From an uncultured Christensenella sp. (GTDB lineage: Bacteria; Bacillota; Clostridia; Christensenellales; DTU072), in the NCBI GenBank assembly GCA_949285605.1, contig CASDZI010000007.1, forward strand, positions 19,387-83,386: DNA of 64,000 nt, read 5' to 3'. Made by a program: the position numbers and the translations under genes. This document shows positions 1 through 8,629 of the stretch, in pieces. How positions within the stretch are numbered: position 1 is the first letter of the stretch; every line of letters starts with the position of its first letter. The notes under the pieces were generated by a model that was given only the letters and a program-made list of their open reading frames with translations, had not been told where the DNA came from and made no database searches.

Positions 1-3000
1 CCGTTCGTTCAAGACAATTTCTTCAAGAGCGGTTTCGGCGAAAGCGTAACTTTCCACGTTGAAAGCGGAGCCCTGTCCGTAGTAAAGATAAGTAAGTCCG
101 CTCTTATAGAAAGCTTTTTCTCCGACGGAAACGAGTTGCACGGGGAGGAGGACGGAGACGAGTCCGGACACGCCTTCGAAGGCGCTTGCTCCGATAGAAA
201 GGCTCCCGTCGGGGTTGTCGGTGAATTCCACCGAAACCAATCCCGTACAATAGAAGGCTTTTTCACCGACCTCGGAAATATAACCGGGAAGCGATATATC
301 GACGAGAGCGTTACTGCCGTAGAAAGCGTAAGCGGGCAAAGCCAAAGCCGAGGCGTTGAGAGTTTCGGCAAAATAGACCGAATGCAGACGAGAGCAATCG
401 GAAAAGACCCCTTCGCCCAAAGATGCGAGGGAGGAGGGGAGGGTTATCTGCGTGAGATAATGGTTGGAAAGGAAGGCGTAGTCTCCGATATCCAATGCGC
501 CGTCGGAATCGGAAAAAACAATTTCGCCGACGTTACGGCAGTAAGCGAAAGCGTAATCACCGATAGAAGCGGTACGGGCGGGGAAGAAGAGACTTTGCAG
601 TCCCGAGTTGAAGGCAAAAGCGTAATCCGATATTTGCAACGAGACGCCGACGCCGTCGGCAAAAGCGACGGTTTTTAGCGAGTAGCAATCGGAAAAAGCT
701 CCCCGTCCCACGGTTTCCACACGCAAAGGAAGGGAAAGCGAAACGAGATTCGTGCCGGCAAAGGCGTATTCCCCGAAATTCAGACGGTTGGAAGAAACGG
801 AAGAATTGACTATATGGAAAGCGGACGGATCGGTTTCGATGAAAGTTTCTTCCACGGTAAGCGCGGAGAGGGAAGAATTAGCGAAAGCGTAATCGCCGAC
901 CGAACAGATCCTTCTGGACAGCACGGCGGAAGAGAGGTTGCTTTCGGCAAAGGCGTAAGCGCCTATTTTTACGAGGGTGATAACTTCGACGTTTCCCGCC
1001 GGAGCGTTATGAGAAAGGCTGAAAGAGGATATTCCGCTCCCGTAGAAAGCGTAATCGTCGATCGCCGAATAATCGGTATTAAGCACGAACTCGCCGGTTT
1101 TGCCGGCGGGATAAAGGTAGAGCGTCTTCAATCCGTCGCTTCCGTAGAAATAAATATATCCGTTTTCGCTATATAAGACGGAAGACCCGGATATATCCAG
1201 TATGGCGAGGGAGGAGCAGCCGAGGAAGGGATTCTTGACGGCTCCGACGTTTTCGGTCCCGCTTCTGAGGGCGAGAGCGGAGGGGAGAGTAACGGATACG
1301 AGGGAGGTGCAGTAAGCGAAACAGTTTTCTCCGAGAGTATCGACGATTCCGCCGCTCGTGAAGGAAATCCTCGATATTTTCGAACAGTAAGCGAAAGCCT
1401 CTTCGGCTATTTTTTGCAATCCCGTCGGTATGGTCACGTCGGTGAGGGCGGAACAGTTATAGAAAGCTCTTTTGCCGAGAGAAGTCAGGGTGGAGGGCAG
1501 CACCGACTCGTCGCCTCCGCCGTTTAACAGGGAAGTGCAGTTTTCGAATGCGCTTTCTCCAATGGACAGTATTCCGTTGCCGAGAGCGTCTTTGTTGAAA
1601 GTAACGCTTCTTATCGCAGAACAGTTATAGAATGCCCGGGCTTCTATCGAGGTAAAGTTGGAGGGGATATTCAGAGTGGTGAGAGCGGTGCACCCGTAGA
1701 AAAGTTCTTCGGGAACGGTATCGAGGGAGTTTTGGGGCAGACGCAGACGGTTCAGAACGGTACAGTTCTTGAAAGCGCCCTTACCTATATAGGTAAGCCC
1801 CGTGGACGCCTGGAAAGAGCGTACCCCGGAATTCATGAACGCATAATCCCCGACGTAGGTCACCGAGGAAGGAATGGTGGGTTCGGCGGCGATTTTCTCG
1901 CTGCCGGCAAAGGCGTAAGCGCCTATCGTCCGCAAGGACGAGGGAAGGGAGAAACTTCTCAACGAAGAGCAATCGTAAAAAGCGTAGGAACCTATTTCCG
2001 TCAGGCTCGATTGAGCGGGGAAAATAAGTTCGGACAAAGCGGAACACCCGTAGAAAGCGTAATCGCCCACCGCAACGGTGGCGCCGGTTATGGTCAGGGA
2101 AGTCAGGGAGGAACAGTCTTTGAAAGTTTCGTCGGGAACGGCTTCGAGGTTAAGCCCGGAGTAAGAGAACTTCGAGAGCGAAACGCAATCGGCAAAAACC
2201 CTTTCTCCGAGGCTTTGCACGGAGTCGGGCAGTACGAAAGAACGCAGTCCGCTTTCTGCGAAAGCCTCCGCTCCTATGTCGATAAGAGAGGAATTTCCGA
2301 AAGAAACGTTTTCGAGAGCGGAACAGCCGTAGAAGGCACGTGTTTCGATACTTTCGACAGAGTCGGGTAGGCTTACCGAAACTATGTTTTTATTGCCGAG
2401 GAAAGCTCCTTCGCTTACGGATATCGTTTCGTCGGAAACGGTGAAATCACCGCCTTTGGCAACGGGCAGGTAAACGAAACGGGTTTTATCCGCCGAATAC
2501 AGAGCGCCGTCGACGGAGACGTAGGAAGGATGATTGACCGACGATAAAATATCCGTTAAGGACGAAAGTGCGAAAGAGCGGTAATCGAAGGTATAATTCT
2601 CGGAATCGGGCAAAATGAAAGAGGTGGCGGCGGTGTAAGCCAACACGTTTTTACCCAGTTCGAGCAAGGAAGAGCCTGCGGCGAAAACAATTTCCGAAAG
2701 TACGGAACCCGAGAAAGCCACGTCGCAACCGAAATCCGTTACGGGCAAAACGTCCTCCCCTTCTTCGGCGGGACGGACTGCGGCGAAAGCGTAATCGCCC
2801 ACCGTTTCCAGCGAGGAAGGAAGAGAAATTTTCGTCAGCGAGGACAACCCGGCAAAAGCGCCTTTTCCTACCGAGAGCAGACCTTCTTCTATTTTAATTT
2901 CCGTCAGGGAGGGTATATCAAAGAAAGCGTAGTCGCCTATATGTTTGACACTGCTCGGAATGACCAACGTGGAAAGGACTTCGGAAGAGAAGATCTTTCC

Positions 3001-3852
3001 TGCGGCAGGATCGGCGGAAGCGCCGCCCACTGCGGTGACGGGGTAACCGCCGAGAGTTTCGGGAATTATTATCAAAGTCTGGTTTTTACCTATGGAAGTG
3101 AGCCCGGTTATTTTAGCTTCTCCGTCGGAAACGGTATAGCTTAAGTATCTCGACATATCGGAATTGTCGAGGAAACGGGCGTAAAGCATAAGATTCGAGT
3201 CGGGAATGGCCGTGGGGAGGGTAAGACAGGGCTCGGAAAAAGCGGTGTCGTAATACCAGCCGTAGAAATAAGAATTTTCTTTCTCGGGTTCGTCGGGCGA
3301 AAGAATGGAGTCTCCCGGCAACCCGGAATAAAAAGCGTATTCTTCTCCGTCCACGACGTATGTGACGGAATAAGTGGCGAGAAAATACTGAGCGAAGACG
3401 GTTACCGGAGCGGTGACGTTGGTCAGACCGTCGGTGAGCCATCTGCCGTCAAAACCGGCTTTTGCCGGGACCTCGGGCATTTCGGAAACGGGAAGATCGC
3501 TCCCGTAAGAAACGTATTCATAGGAAATAACGCCGTCTGCGTTGAAAGTTACGGTGACCAGTTGCGGAGTCCATTTGGCGTAGAAGGTGCAGTCTTCTTC
3601 GGGAATGACTTTAATGTCCACTTTGGAAGAGAGGGCGCTGTCGTAATACCAGCCGTCGAAAACGTAACCGTTACGGACGGGAGTGGGGAGGTCGAGACTT
3701 TCCGAGGAAACGGGTACTTTGACAGAGGACAGGCTTTCGCCGCCGTTGGTTTCGAAAGTAATGGTGATCCGTTCGGGAAAACAGCCCGTAAGGACGACTG
3801 TAGCCGCCATAATCAGTATTATCAGAGCAAGCAATAACTTTTTACCGTTCAC
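1..3852 (-). CDS. InlB-B-repeat / BspA-type leucine-rich-repeat surface lipoprotein (N-terminus complete, C-terminus runs off left edge)
   Basis: Hand translation of the minus strand from GTG at 3852-3850 (GGGAGG RBS at 3865-3860, 7-nt spacer) gives MNGKKLLLALIILIMAATVVLTGC, which ends in a lipobox. Three GY.F.GW modules follow (YVFDGWYYD, GFDGRW, YFYGWYYD), then repeated IGDYAF..L..I.LPSS LRR units. Codons at 60-1 read NVESYAFAETALEEIVLNER in the same frame. No listed minus-strand ORF uses this frame, consistent with one open frame with no stop in the window, which explains its absence from the ORF track. Continuity of the middle was not translated codon by codon. Confidence 0.85.
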   Translation of the reverse strand, partial: MNGKKLLLALIILIMAATVVLTGCFPERITITFETNGGESLSSVKVPVSSESLDLPTPVRNGYVFDGWYYDSALSSKVDIKVIPEEDCTFYAKWTPQLVTVTFNADGVISYEYVSYGSDLPVSEMPEVPAKAGFDGRWLTDGLTNVTAPVTVFAQYFLATYSVTYVVDGEEYAFYSGLPGDSILSPDEPEKENSYFYGWYYDTAFSEPCLTLPTAIPDSNLMLYARFLDNSDMSRYLSYTVSDGEAKITGLTSIGKNQTLIIIPETLGGYPVTAVGGASADPAAGKIFSSEVLSTLVIPSSVKHIGDYAFFDIPSLTEIKIEEGLLSVGKGAFAGLSSLTKISLPSSLETVGDYAFAAVRPAEEGEDVLPVTDFGCDVAFSGSVLSEIVFAAGSSLLELGKNVLAYTAATSFILPDSENYTFDYRSFALSSLTDILSSVNHPSYVSVDGALYSADKTRFVYLPVAKGGDFTVSDETISVSEGAFLGNKNIVSVSLPDSVESIETRAFYGCSALENVSFGNSSLIDIGAEAFAESGLRSFVLPDSVQSLGERVFADCVSLSKFSYSGLNLEAVPDETFKDCSSLTSLTITGATVAVGDYAFYGCSALSELIFPAQSSLTEIGSYAFYDCSSLRSFSLPSSLRTIGAYAFAGSEKIAAEPTIPSSVTYVGDYAFMNSGVRSFQASTGLTYIGKGAFKNCTVLNRLRLPQNSLDTVPEELFYGCTALTTLNIPSNFTSIEARAFYNCSAIRSVTFNKDALGNGILSIGESAFENCTSLLNGGGDESVLPSTLTSLGKRAFYNCSALTDVTIPTGLQKIAEEAFAYCSKISRISFTSGGIVDTLGENCFAYCTSLVSVTLPSALALRSGTENVGAVKNPFLGCSSLAILDISGSSVLYSENGYIYFYGSDGLKTLYLYPAGKTGEFVLNTDYSAIDDYAFYGSGISSFSLSHNAPAGNVEVITLVKIGAYAFAESNLSSAVLSRRICSVGDYAFANSSLSALTVEETFIETDPSAFHIVNSSVSSNRLNFGEYAFAGTNLVSLSLPLRVETVGRGAFSDCYSLKTVAFADGVGVSLQISDYAFAFNSGLQSLFFPARTASIGDYAFAYCRNVGEIVFSDSDGALDIGDYAFLSNHYLTQITLPSSLASLGEGVFSDCSRLHSVYFAETLNASALALPAYAFYGSNALVDISLPGYISEVGEKAFYCTGLVSVEFTDNPDGSLSIGASAFEGVSGLVSVLLPVQLVSVGEKAFYKSGLTYLYYGQGSAFNVESYAFAETALEEIVLNER

Positions 3853-4100
3853 TCGAAAACCTCCCGTACACGCACACGCGTAAAAAATACAATTATATAT
3901 TACTCTTAATAAGTCCTTTTGTCAATAGCGGTTTGAGCAAGGCAAAGCGGTAAATCTTCCCTGCCTAAAAAGGATTTTCGCATACGGGAGGAGTATTCCT
4001 GCGGTTGCTTTCGGGACGGAAAAAGGATATAATGAAAAGGACGGCAGACAGGTCTTAAAAAGAGTGCCGTACCCGAATACAGGAGTTAAGGAGGTCAGCC

Positions 4101-5222
4101 ATGGCGACGAGAAAATCTTCTTCAAAGAAAACCAACGTCAGGGAAATAGTCCTGATATTTATAATTTTGGTACTCATAGCCGCACTTTTGGCATCCCTTT
4201 TTGCGGCAGACGAGATTAAAAGCATTTTAGGGCTGAGCGGGAACGCACAAAACGAAAGCGGAGACGACGGGGTCGTATATACCTCGGTCTTAAGCGGTAA
4301 AGCCAATGTGGTTCTTCCGTCGGAATTCGACGGAGAAAACTGCGTGGAGGTACATTTTATCGACATAGGGCAGGGAGACGCCATAGCGGTGATGCTCCCC
4401 GACGGCAAAACTTTTCTGATAGACGCCGGAAGCGGTACGTCTGTGAGCACGGCGACCAGGACGGAATATATGAATTATCTTTCCGACGTGCTGGCAATCG
4501 ACGTAGTGGACTATCTTCTCGTCACTCATCCCGACAGCGACCACGTCAATCTTGCTTCGGGGGTTCTGGAAGAATACGACGTCAAAAACATTTATTATAA
4601 CGAATACTATACCGAAGGGAGCAAAACGTACAAGACGTTTATGGACGACGCCGACGCCGAAGCCGAAACGGGAGCCACGCTTTACGAAATAGGCGCCGAA
4701 GAAGAAAAATACACCGTGACCGGCGACGGATACGAATTCGAGATATTCGCTCCCGGGAATACCGGGTTCGAAGGAGCGGAAAGTGTCAAGAACAGTATGT
4801 CGATGATGTGCGTGTTAACTTACGGCGGCAGGACGGTACTGTTTACAGGCGACGCGGAAGTGGAGACGGAGGAGTGGTTTATTTCTCTTCCGGAAGTAGC
4901 CGACCTCGACGTGGACGTACTTAAAGTGGGACACCACGGCTCGCAAAGTTGCACTTCTACCGCATTCATGGAAAAGATCAAACCCGAATACGCTTTGATA
5001 AGCTGCGACAACGGCTCGGCGTACGGTCATCCTCACGCCGAAACGATGAATACGCTTTTTGCTTTCGGGACGGTCACATACCGAACCAACCGTCACGGCA
5101 ACGTGGTTTTATATCTTGACGACGACGGGGATTTCGGTTTTCTTCCCGAGAACGACGTTCCCGTGGAAAACAACAGACTGGGTATAAATCCGCTTACCAT
5201 AACTTTGCAGAAGGCGGCGTAA
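4101..5222 (+). CDS. Membrane-anchored MBL-fold metallo-hydrolase (ComEC C-terminal domain-like)
   Basis: 373-aa ORF with AAGGAGG RBS at 4087-4093. N-terminal TM helix (IVLIFIILVLIAALLASLF). Metallo-beta-lactamase motifs THPDSDHV, FTGDAE, LKVGHHGS and GHPH. Confidence 0.8.
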   Translation: MATRKSSSKKTNVREIVLIFIILVLIAALLASLFAADEIKSILGLSGNAQNESGDDGVVYTSVLSGKANVVLPSEFDGENCVEVHFIDIGQGDAIAVMLPDGKTFLIDAGSGTSVSTATRTEYMNYLSDVLAIDVVDYLLVTHPDSDHVNLASGVLEEYDVKNIYYNEYYTEGSKTYKTFMDDADAEAETGATLYEIGAEEEKYTVTGDGYEFEIFAPGNTGFEGAESVKNSMSMMCVLTYGGRTVLFTGDAEVETEEWFISLPEVADLDVDVLKVGHHGSQSCTSTAFMEKIKPEYALISCDNGSAYGHPHAETMNTLFAFGTVTYRTNRHGNVVLYLDDDGDFGFLPENDVPVENNRLGINPLTITLQKAA

Positions 5223-5230
5223 AAAAGACG

Positions 5231-6661
5231 ATGAACGAAATAAAACCCAAGCTGAAACAAGACGATATAATCGAAGCGGAGATCCACGACAACGGTATGG
5301 AAGGAGAAGGCATAGCTTCCTACGGCGACTATACCGTTTTCGTACCGTTTTGTCTGGCAGGGGAAAAGGTAAAGGCGAAAGTGACCTACGTCAAAAAGAA
5401 CATGGTTTTTGCCGACCTTTTAAGCGTGGAAAGAGAGTCCGAAGGCAGAGTCAAACCGCCCTGCAACCGTTTCGGGAAATGCGGCGGTTGCGACCTTATG
5501 CACGCCGAATATTCTCTTCAGTTGGAGATGAAGAGGAAAAACTTGCAGCGGCTTCTGAAAAAGAACGCAGGGACGGAAATCGAATGTCCCCCCGTGGTGC
5601 CGAGTAGCTCGCCTTACGCTTACCGCAACAAGATATCCTTACCTTTCGGCACGGTGACGGAGTACAAAGACGGAAAGAAAACCACCAGGACGGTACTTGG
5701 GTTTTACAGGGAAAAGAGCCACAAGGTAGTGGCGATAACCAAGTGTTTCCTCCACGGAGATTGGGCGGAAAAGGCGATAAAAGTTTTTCTTGCGTACGCC
5801 GAAAAATACCGCCTGGCTTCTTACGACGAGGAGACGGGAAAAGGACAGCTCAAGCACCTCGTGGTGAGGTATCTGGACGGACGGGCGTGCATAGTGCTGG
5901 TGACGGACGGAAGCCGTCTTAACGGGACGGAGTGGCTGGTGAAAGAACTGGACAAAGTTTTTCCGCATTACTCTTTTTATCTCAGTCCCAAGCCCGAAAA
6001 AACCAACGTAATTATGGGGAAAACGGTCGTTCCGATAAAGACCGAACCTTTCGAAACCGAAGTTATCGGAGTAAAAATTTCGATAAATCCGTATTCTTTT
6101 TTACAGCTGAATTCGGAAATAAGGGATAAAATTTATTTACGTATAATAGAAGAAATCACGGAAGAAAATAAAAAACCGACGGTGATAGACGCCTATGCGG
6201 GAGTAGGGATACTCGGAGCGGCGCTGGCAAAGAGAGGAGCGAAAGTCTACAATATAGAGATCGTCCCCGAAGCGACCGCCGACGGCGAAAAGATAGCCGC
6301 CCGAAACGGGCTCGCCGACAAAATAACCAACCTCAACGGCGACGCGGCAAAACTGCTTCCCGATTTAATAAGCGAGCTTAAGGGTACCGAAAACGAGAAT
6401 TCGGGTAACCTATATTTAATTTTAGACCCGCCGAGGAAAGGTTGCGACGAAAAGGTGCTGAGCGAAGCGGACAAGTCCGACGTCGATAAGATATATTACA
6501 TAAGCTGTAATCCCGCCACTCTCACCCGAGACCTTGCCCGTCTGCACAACTACGAAGCGGTCTACGTCCGTCCCTACGATATGTTCCCTTGCACCAGTCA
6601 CATGGAAACGCTGGTCAGACTGGAAAAAAGGCAAGCGAAGGACGGAGGCTTTTCCGAATAA
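5231..6661 (+). CDS. rlmD: 23S rRNA (uracil-C5)-methyltransferase, RumA/RlmD family (TRAM + Fe-S + SAM MTase)
   Basis: 476-aa ORF. N-terminal TRAM-like beta domain, Cys cluster CNRFGKCGGCDLMH, SAM-binding DAYAGVGILG and C-terminal YISCNPATLTRDL with catalytic Cys. Confidence 0.8.
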   Translation: MNEIKPKLKQDDIIEAEIHDNGMEGEGIASYGDYTVFVPFCLAGEKVKAKVTYVKKNMVFADLLSVERESEGRVKPPCNRFGKCGGCDLMHAEYSLQLEMKRKNLQRLLKKNAGTEIECPPVVPSSSPYAYRNKISLPFGTVTEYKDGKKTTRTVLGFYREKSHKVVAITKCFLHGDWAEKAIKVFLAYAEKYRLASYDEETGKGQLKHLVVRYLDGRACIVLVTDGSRLNGTEWLVKELDKVFPHYSFYLSPKPEKTNVIMGKTVVPIKTEPFETEVIGVKISINPYSFLQLNSEIRDKIYLRIIEEITEENKKPTVIDAYAGVGILGAALAKRGAKVYNIEIVPEATADGEKIAARNGLADKITNLNGDAAKLLPDLISELKGTENENSGNLYLILDPPRKGCDEKVLSEADKSDVDKIYYISCNPATLTRDLARLHNYEAVYVRPYDMFPCTSHMETLVRLEKRQAKDGGFSE

Positions 6662-6691
6662 AAATTTATTTTGAGGCAATTAAGGTGTATT

Positions 6692-7339
6692 ATGAAATAT
6701 GAAACAATAAACATAAACGAATGGAAAAGGGGAAAACTTTTTTCGCATTATATCGATAATTTACGCAACGTCTTAAGTCTTACCGCAGAGATAGACGTAA
6801 CGCTATTCGTGCGATTCGTCAAAGAGAAGGGATTGAAGTTTTATCCATCCTTTATGTGGGCGGTTTCCAAGATATTCAATTCCCGGGAGGAATTCCGTTA
6901 CGGTTGGGATAAAGAAGGCAATCTGATCCGTTGGGAGCAAATTTCGCCGTATTATGCAGATTTCCATAAAGACGACGAAATGTTCACTTTGCTTTATACC
7001 GAGTATGCCGAGGACTTATTGACTTTCCACGGCAATTTTTTGAAAGACAGGGAAAAATACGGCGGTTTGAGAGGGTTCGACTTTACCGGAGTGCCGACAA
7101 ACGTATTCAACGTGTCCTGTCTGCCGTGGCTAAAATATAAAAGTTTCGACATTCACGTTTTCGACGAGGGGAAATATCTCGCCCCCGTAGTTACCTGGGG
7201 AAAGTACGAGGAAAAAGACGGAAGGCTGACAATGCCCTTAAGCGTCAATATCCATCACGCCGTTTGCGACGGATTTCATCTTTGCAGATTTTTTAACGAA
7301 TTGCAGACGTTTATCGATTCGGGAAAAATAATACCTTAA
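6692..7339 (+). CDS. cat: Type-A chloramphenicol O-acetyltransferase
   Basis: The body aligns by eye along its whole length to classical CAT, from MKYETININEWKRGKLF to the catalytic signature IHHAVCDGFH. I prefer ATG 6692 (AAGGTG RBS upstream) over the track's TTG at 6671. Confidence 0.9.
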   Translation: MKYETININEWKRGKLFSHYIDNLRNVLSLTAEIDVTLFVRFVKEKGLKFYPSFMWAVSKIFNSREEFRYGWDKEGNLIRWEQISPYYADFHKDDEMFTLLYTEYAEDLLTFHGNFLKDREKYGGLRGFDFTGVPTNVFNVSCLPWLKYKSFDIHVFDEGKYLAPVVTWGKYEEKDGRLTMPLSVNIHHAVCDGFHLCRFFNELQTFIDSGKIIP

Positions 7340-7441
7340 AAATTTTCGCCAGAAAACTTCGGGATAAGAAGCTATAGGTAAATTCTTAGCTTTCGGAAAG
7401 TGACTTAGTTACGGAAAAATAATTTCCTTTCGGATAATCTG

Positions 7442-7471
7442 TAGGTAAACAAATTCAAGGAGGTTTACCTA
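7442..7471 (+). promoter_or_regulatory. RBS-proximal hairpin in leader of the QueD-like gene
   Basis: taggtaaac (7442-7450) pairs perfectly with gtttaccta (7463-7471). The loop contains AAGGAG and the ATG at 7473 follows directly. An 8/9 copy of the 5' arm (taggtaaa) sits at 7375-7382. Confidence 0.3.
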
Positions 7472-7472
7472 T

Positions 7473-8039
7473 ATGAGAAGTATTACTACTTTAGATATTC
7501 AGTACGCACACCGTTTTTACGGATTCAGAGGAGAGGCGCAATATTTGCACGGACATACCGGAGTTTTGACTTTGGAAGTGGAAGACAGTATCGAACCCGG
7601 AGTGAATATGGTTTTCCCCTGTAACGAAATTCAGAAAACGGCGTGGGCTGTTTTGAAAAATTTCGATCACGCATTGGTTTTGAGAGAAGACGACCCGTTA
7701 CTTCCCGCAATTTTGGACGTTTACGAGAAGCAAGGCATCAAGAACGGCGCTCCGAATAACGTTATGAAAGGCGAAGCCTTCAAAACCGAACTTTGCACTG
7801 CGTACCCCGATTGCCGCCTGGTAGTGACCAAGGAAACCATGACCGTGGAAGGTATGATAAAAATGGTCTACGAGCTGCTCAAAGACAAGCTCAACATCGC
7901 AAAAATCACCTTTACTAGCGGAGTCAATGCGGCAAGTTGCGAATTCGAAACCAAAAACGACATCGCCCGTTGTCCCTTGTGCGGCATTGCGCTCAACGAT
8001 AAAGGAGTATGTCCGAAATGCGGCTACAAAAAGCAATAA
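7473..8039 (+). CDS. 6-pyruvoyl-tetrahydropterin synthase / QueD-like protein with C-terminal zinc ribbon
   Basis: 188-aa ORF. PTPS-like YAHRF..(11)..LHGHTGVLTLEV and VFPCNEIQK....NFDHALVL. The C-terminus carries CPLCG..(9)..CPKCG. Confidence 0.55.
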   Translation: MRSITTLDIQYAHRFYGFRGEAQYLHGHTGVLTLEVEDSIEPGVNMVFPCNEIQKTAWAVLKNFDHALVLREDDPLLPAILDVYEKQGIKNGAPNNVMKGEAFKTELCTAYPDCRLVVTKETMTVEGMIKMVYELLKDKLNIAKITFTSGVNAASCEFETKNDIARCPLCGIALNDKGVCPKCGYKKQ

Positions 8040-8066
8040 AACCGTCCCGTCGAAATACCGAACCGT

Positions 8067-8100
8067 AAAAAAACGCCCTTCCTGCGAGAAGGGCGTTTTG
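8067..8100. terminator. Bidirectional intrinsic terminator between convergent genes
   Basis: aaaaa-acgcccttc-ctgcga-gaagggcgt-tttt. It has a GC-rich 9-bp stem with an A-run upstream and a T-run downstream. Confidence 0.7.
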
Positions 8101-8130
8101 ATTTCGGGAATATCGAAACAGGGTACGTCT

Positions 8131-8493
8131 TTACGCTTTTTCGATGGTGGCGCCGAAAGGCATAAGGGAGAGTTTAGCGAATTTGAAGCACTGTTTTCCG
8201 AAGGGAATGCCGATTATGGTGATGCACCAGAGAAGAGCGGCGAAGAAGAAACCGATGCAGAGAGCCAGTCCGCCGAATATGATCCATATCACGTTCAGTA
8301 CGGCGTGTTTGGAAAAATCGGCTTTGACTTCTTTCCCGAAGGGCCAGAAAATTATCCCCGCCAGTTTGAAACACTGTTTCCCGAAGGGAATGCCGATTAT
8401 CGTAATGCACCAGAACAGTCCTAATATTATGTAGGAAAGTCCCAACCACAGTCCCGTCAGCAGAAACCACAAAATGTTGCCTAAAGTTTTCAT
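8131..8493 (-). CDS. yccF: YccF (DUF307) inner-membrane protein
   Basis: 120-aa ORF with strong AGGAGGA RBS. Two copies of the WCITIIGIPFGKQCFK signature separated by TM segments. Confidence 0.85.
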   Translation of the reverse strand: MKTLGNILWFLLTGLWLGLSYIILGLFWCITIIGIPFGKQCFKLAGIIFWPFGKEVKADFSKHAVLNVIWIIFGGLALCIGFFFAALLWCITIIGIPFGKQCFKFAKLSLMPFGATIEKA

Positions 8494-8629
8494 TGTTTTT
8501 CCTCCTTTTTTGGCTATATGCCGTTTTTATGGTAACCCGAACCCGACAAAATCGCAATAGGAAAAAACAAAATAGAAGTATTCTACTTAAAATTGACCGT
8601 GAAAAGGGCGAAAGAGAAAAAATTTCCGT

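Noticed and set aside
136-3883. Plus-strand ORFs of 66-212 aa (136-678, 814-1176, 1732-2370, 2941-3144, 3562-3837, 3683-3883) and short minus-strand ORFs in other frames.
   Set aside because: They overlap the hand-translated minus-strand LRR lipoprotein gene (1-3852). Their products are low-complexity and Gly/Arg/Ser-rich, with no motifs or RBSs.
7340-7472. preQ1 riboswitch upstream of the QueD-like gene.
   Set aside because: The sequence does not fit the short preQ1-I hairpin plus A-rich tail consensus that I remember. Only the generic hairpin is reported.
7927-8557. Three overlapping ORFs (7927-8424 +, 8144-8434 +, 8174-8557 -) and an internal DNA duplication (ttcccgaagggaatgccgattat at about 8198-8220 and 8379-8401).
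   Set aside because: All overlap yccF (8131-8493, minus strand), which has a strong RBS and the DUF307 signature. The duplication is the normal two-repeat structure of YccF.
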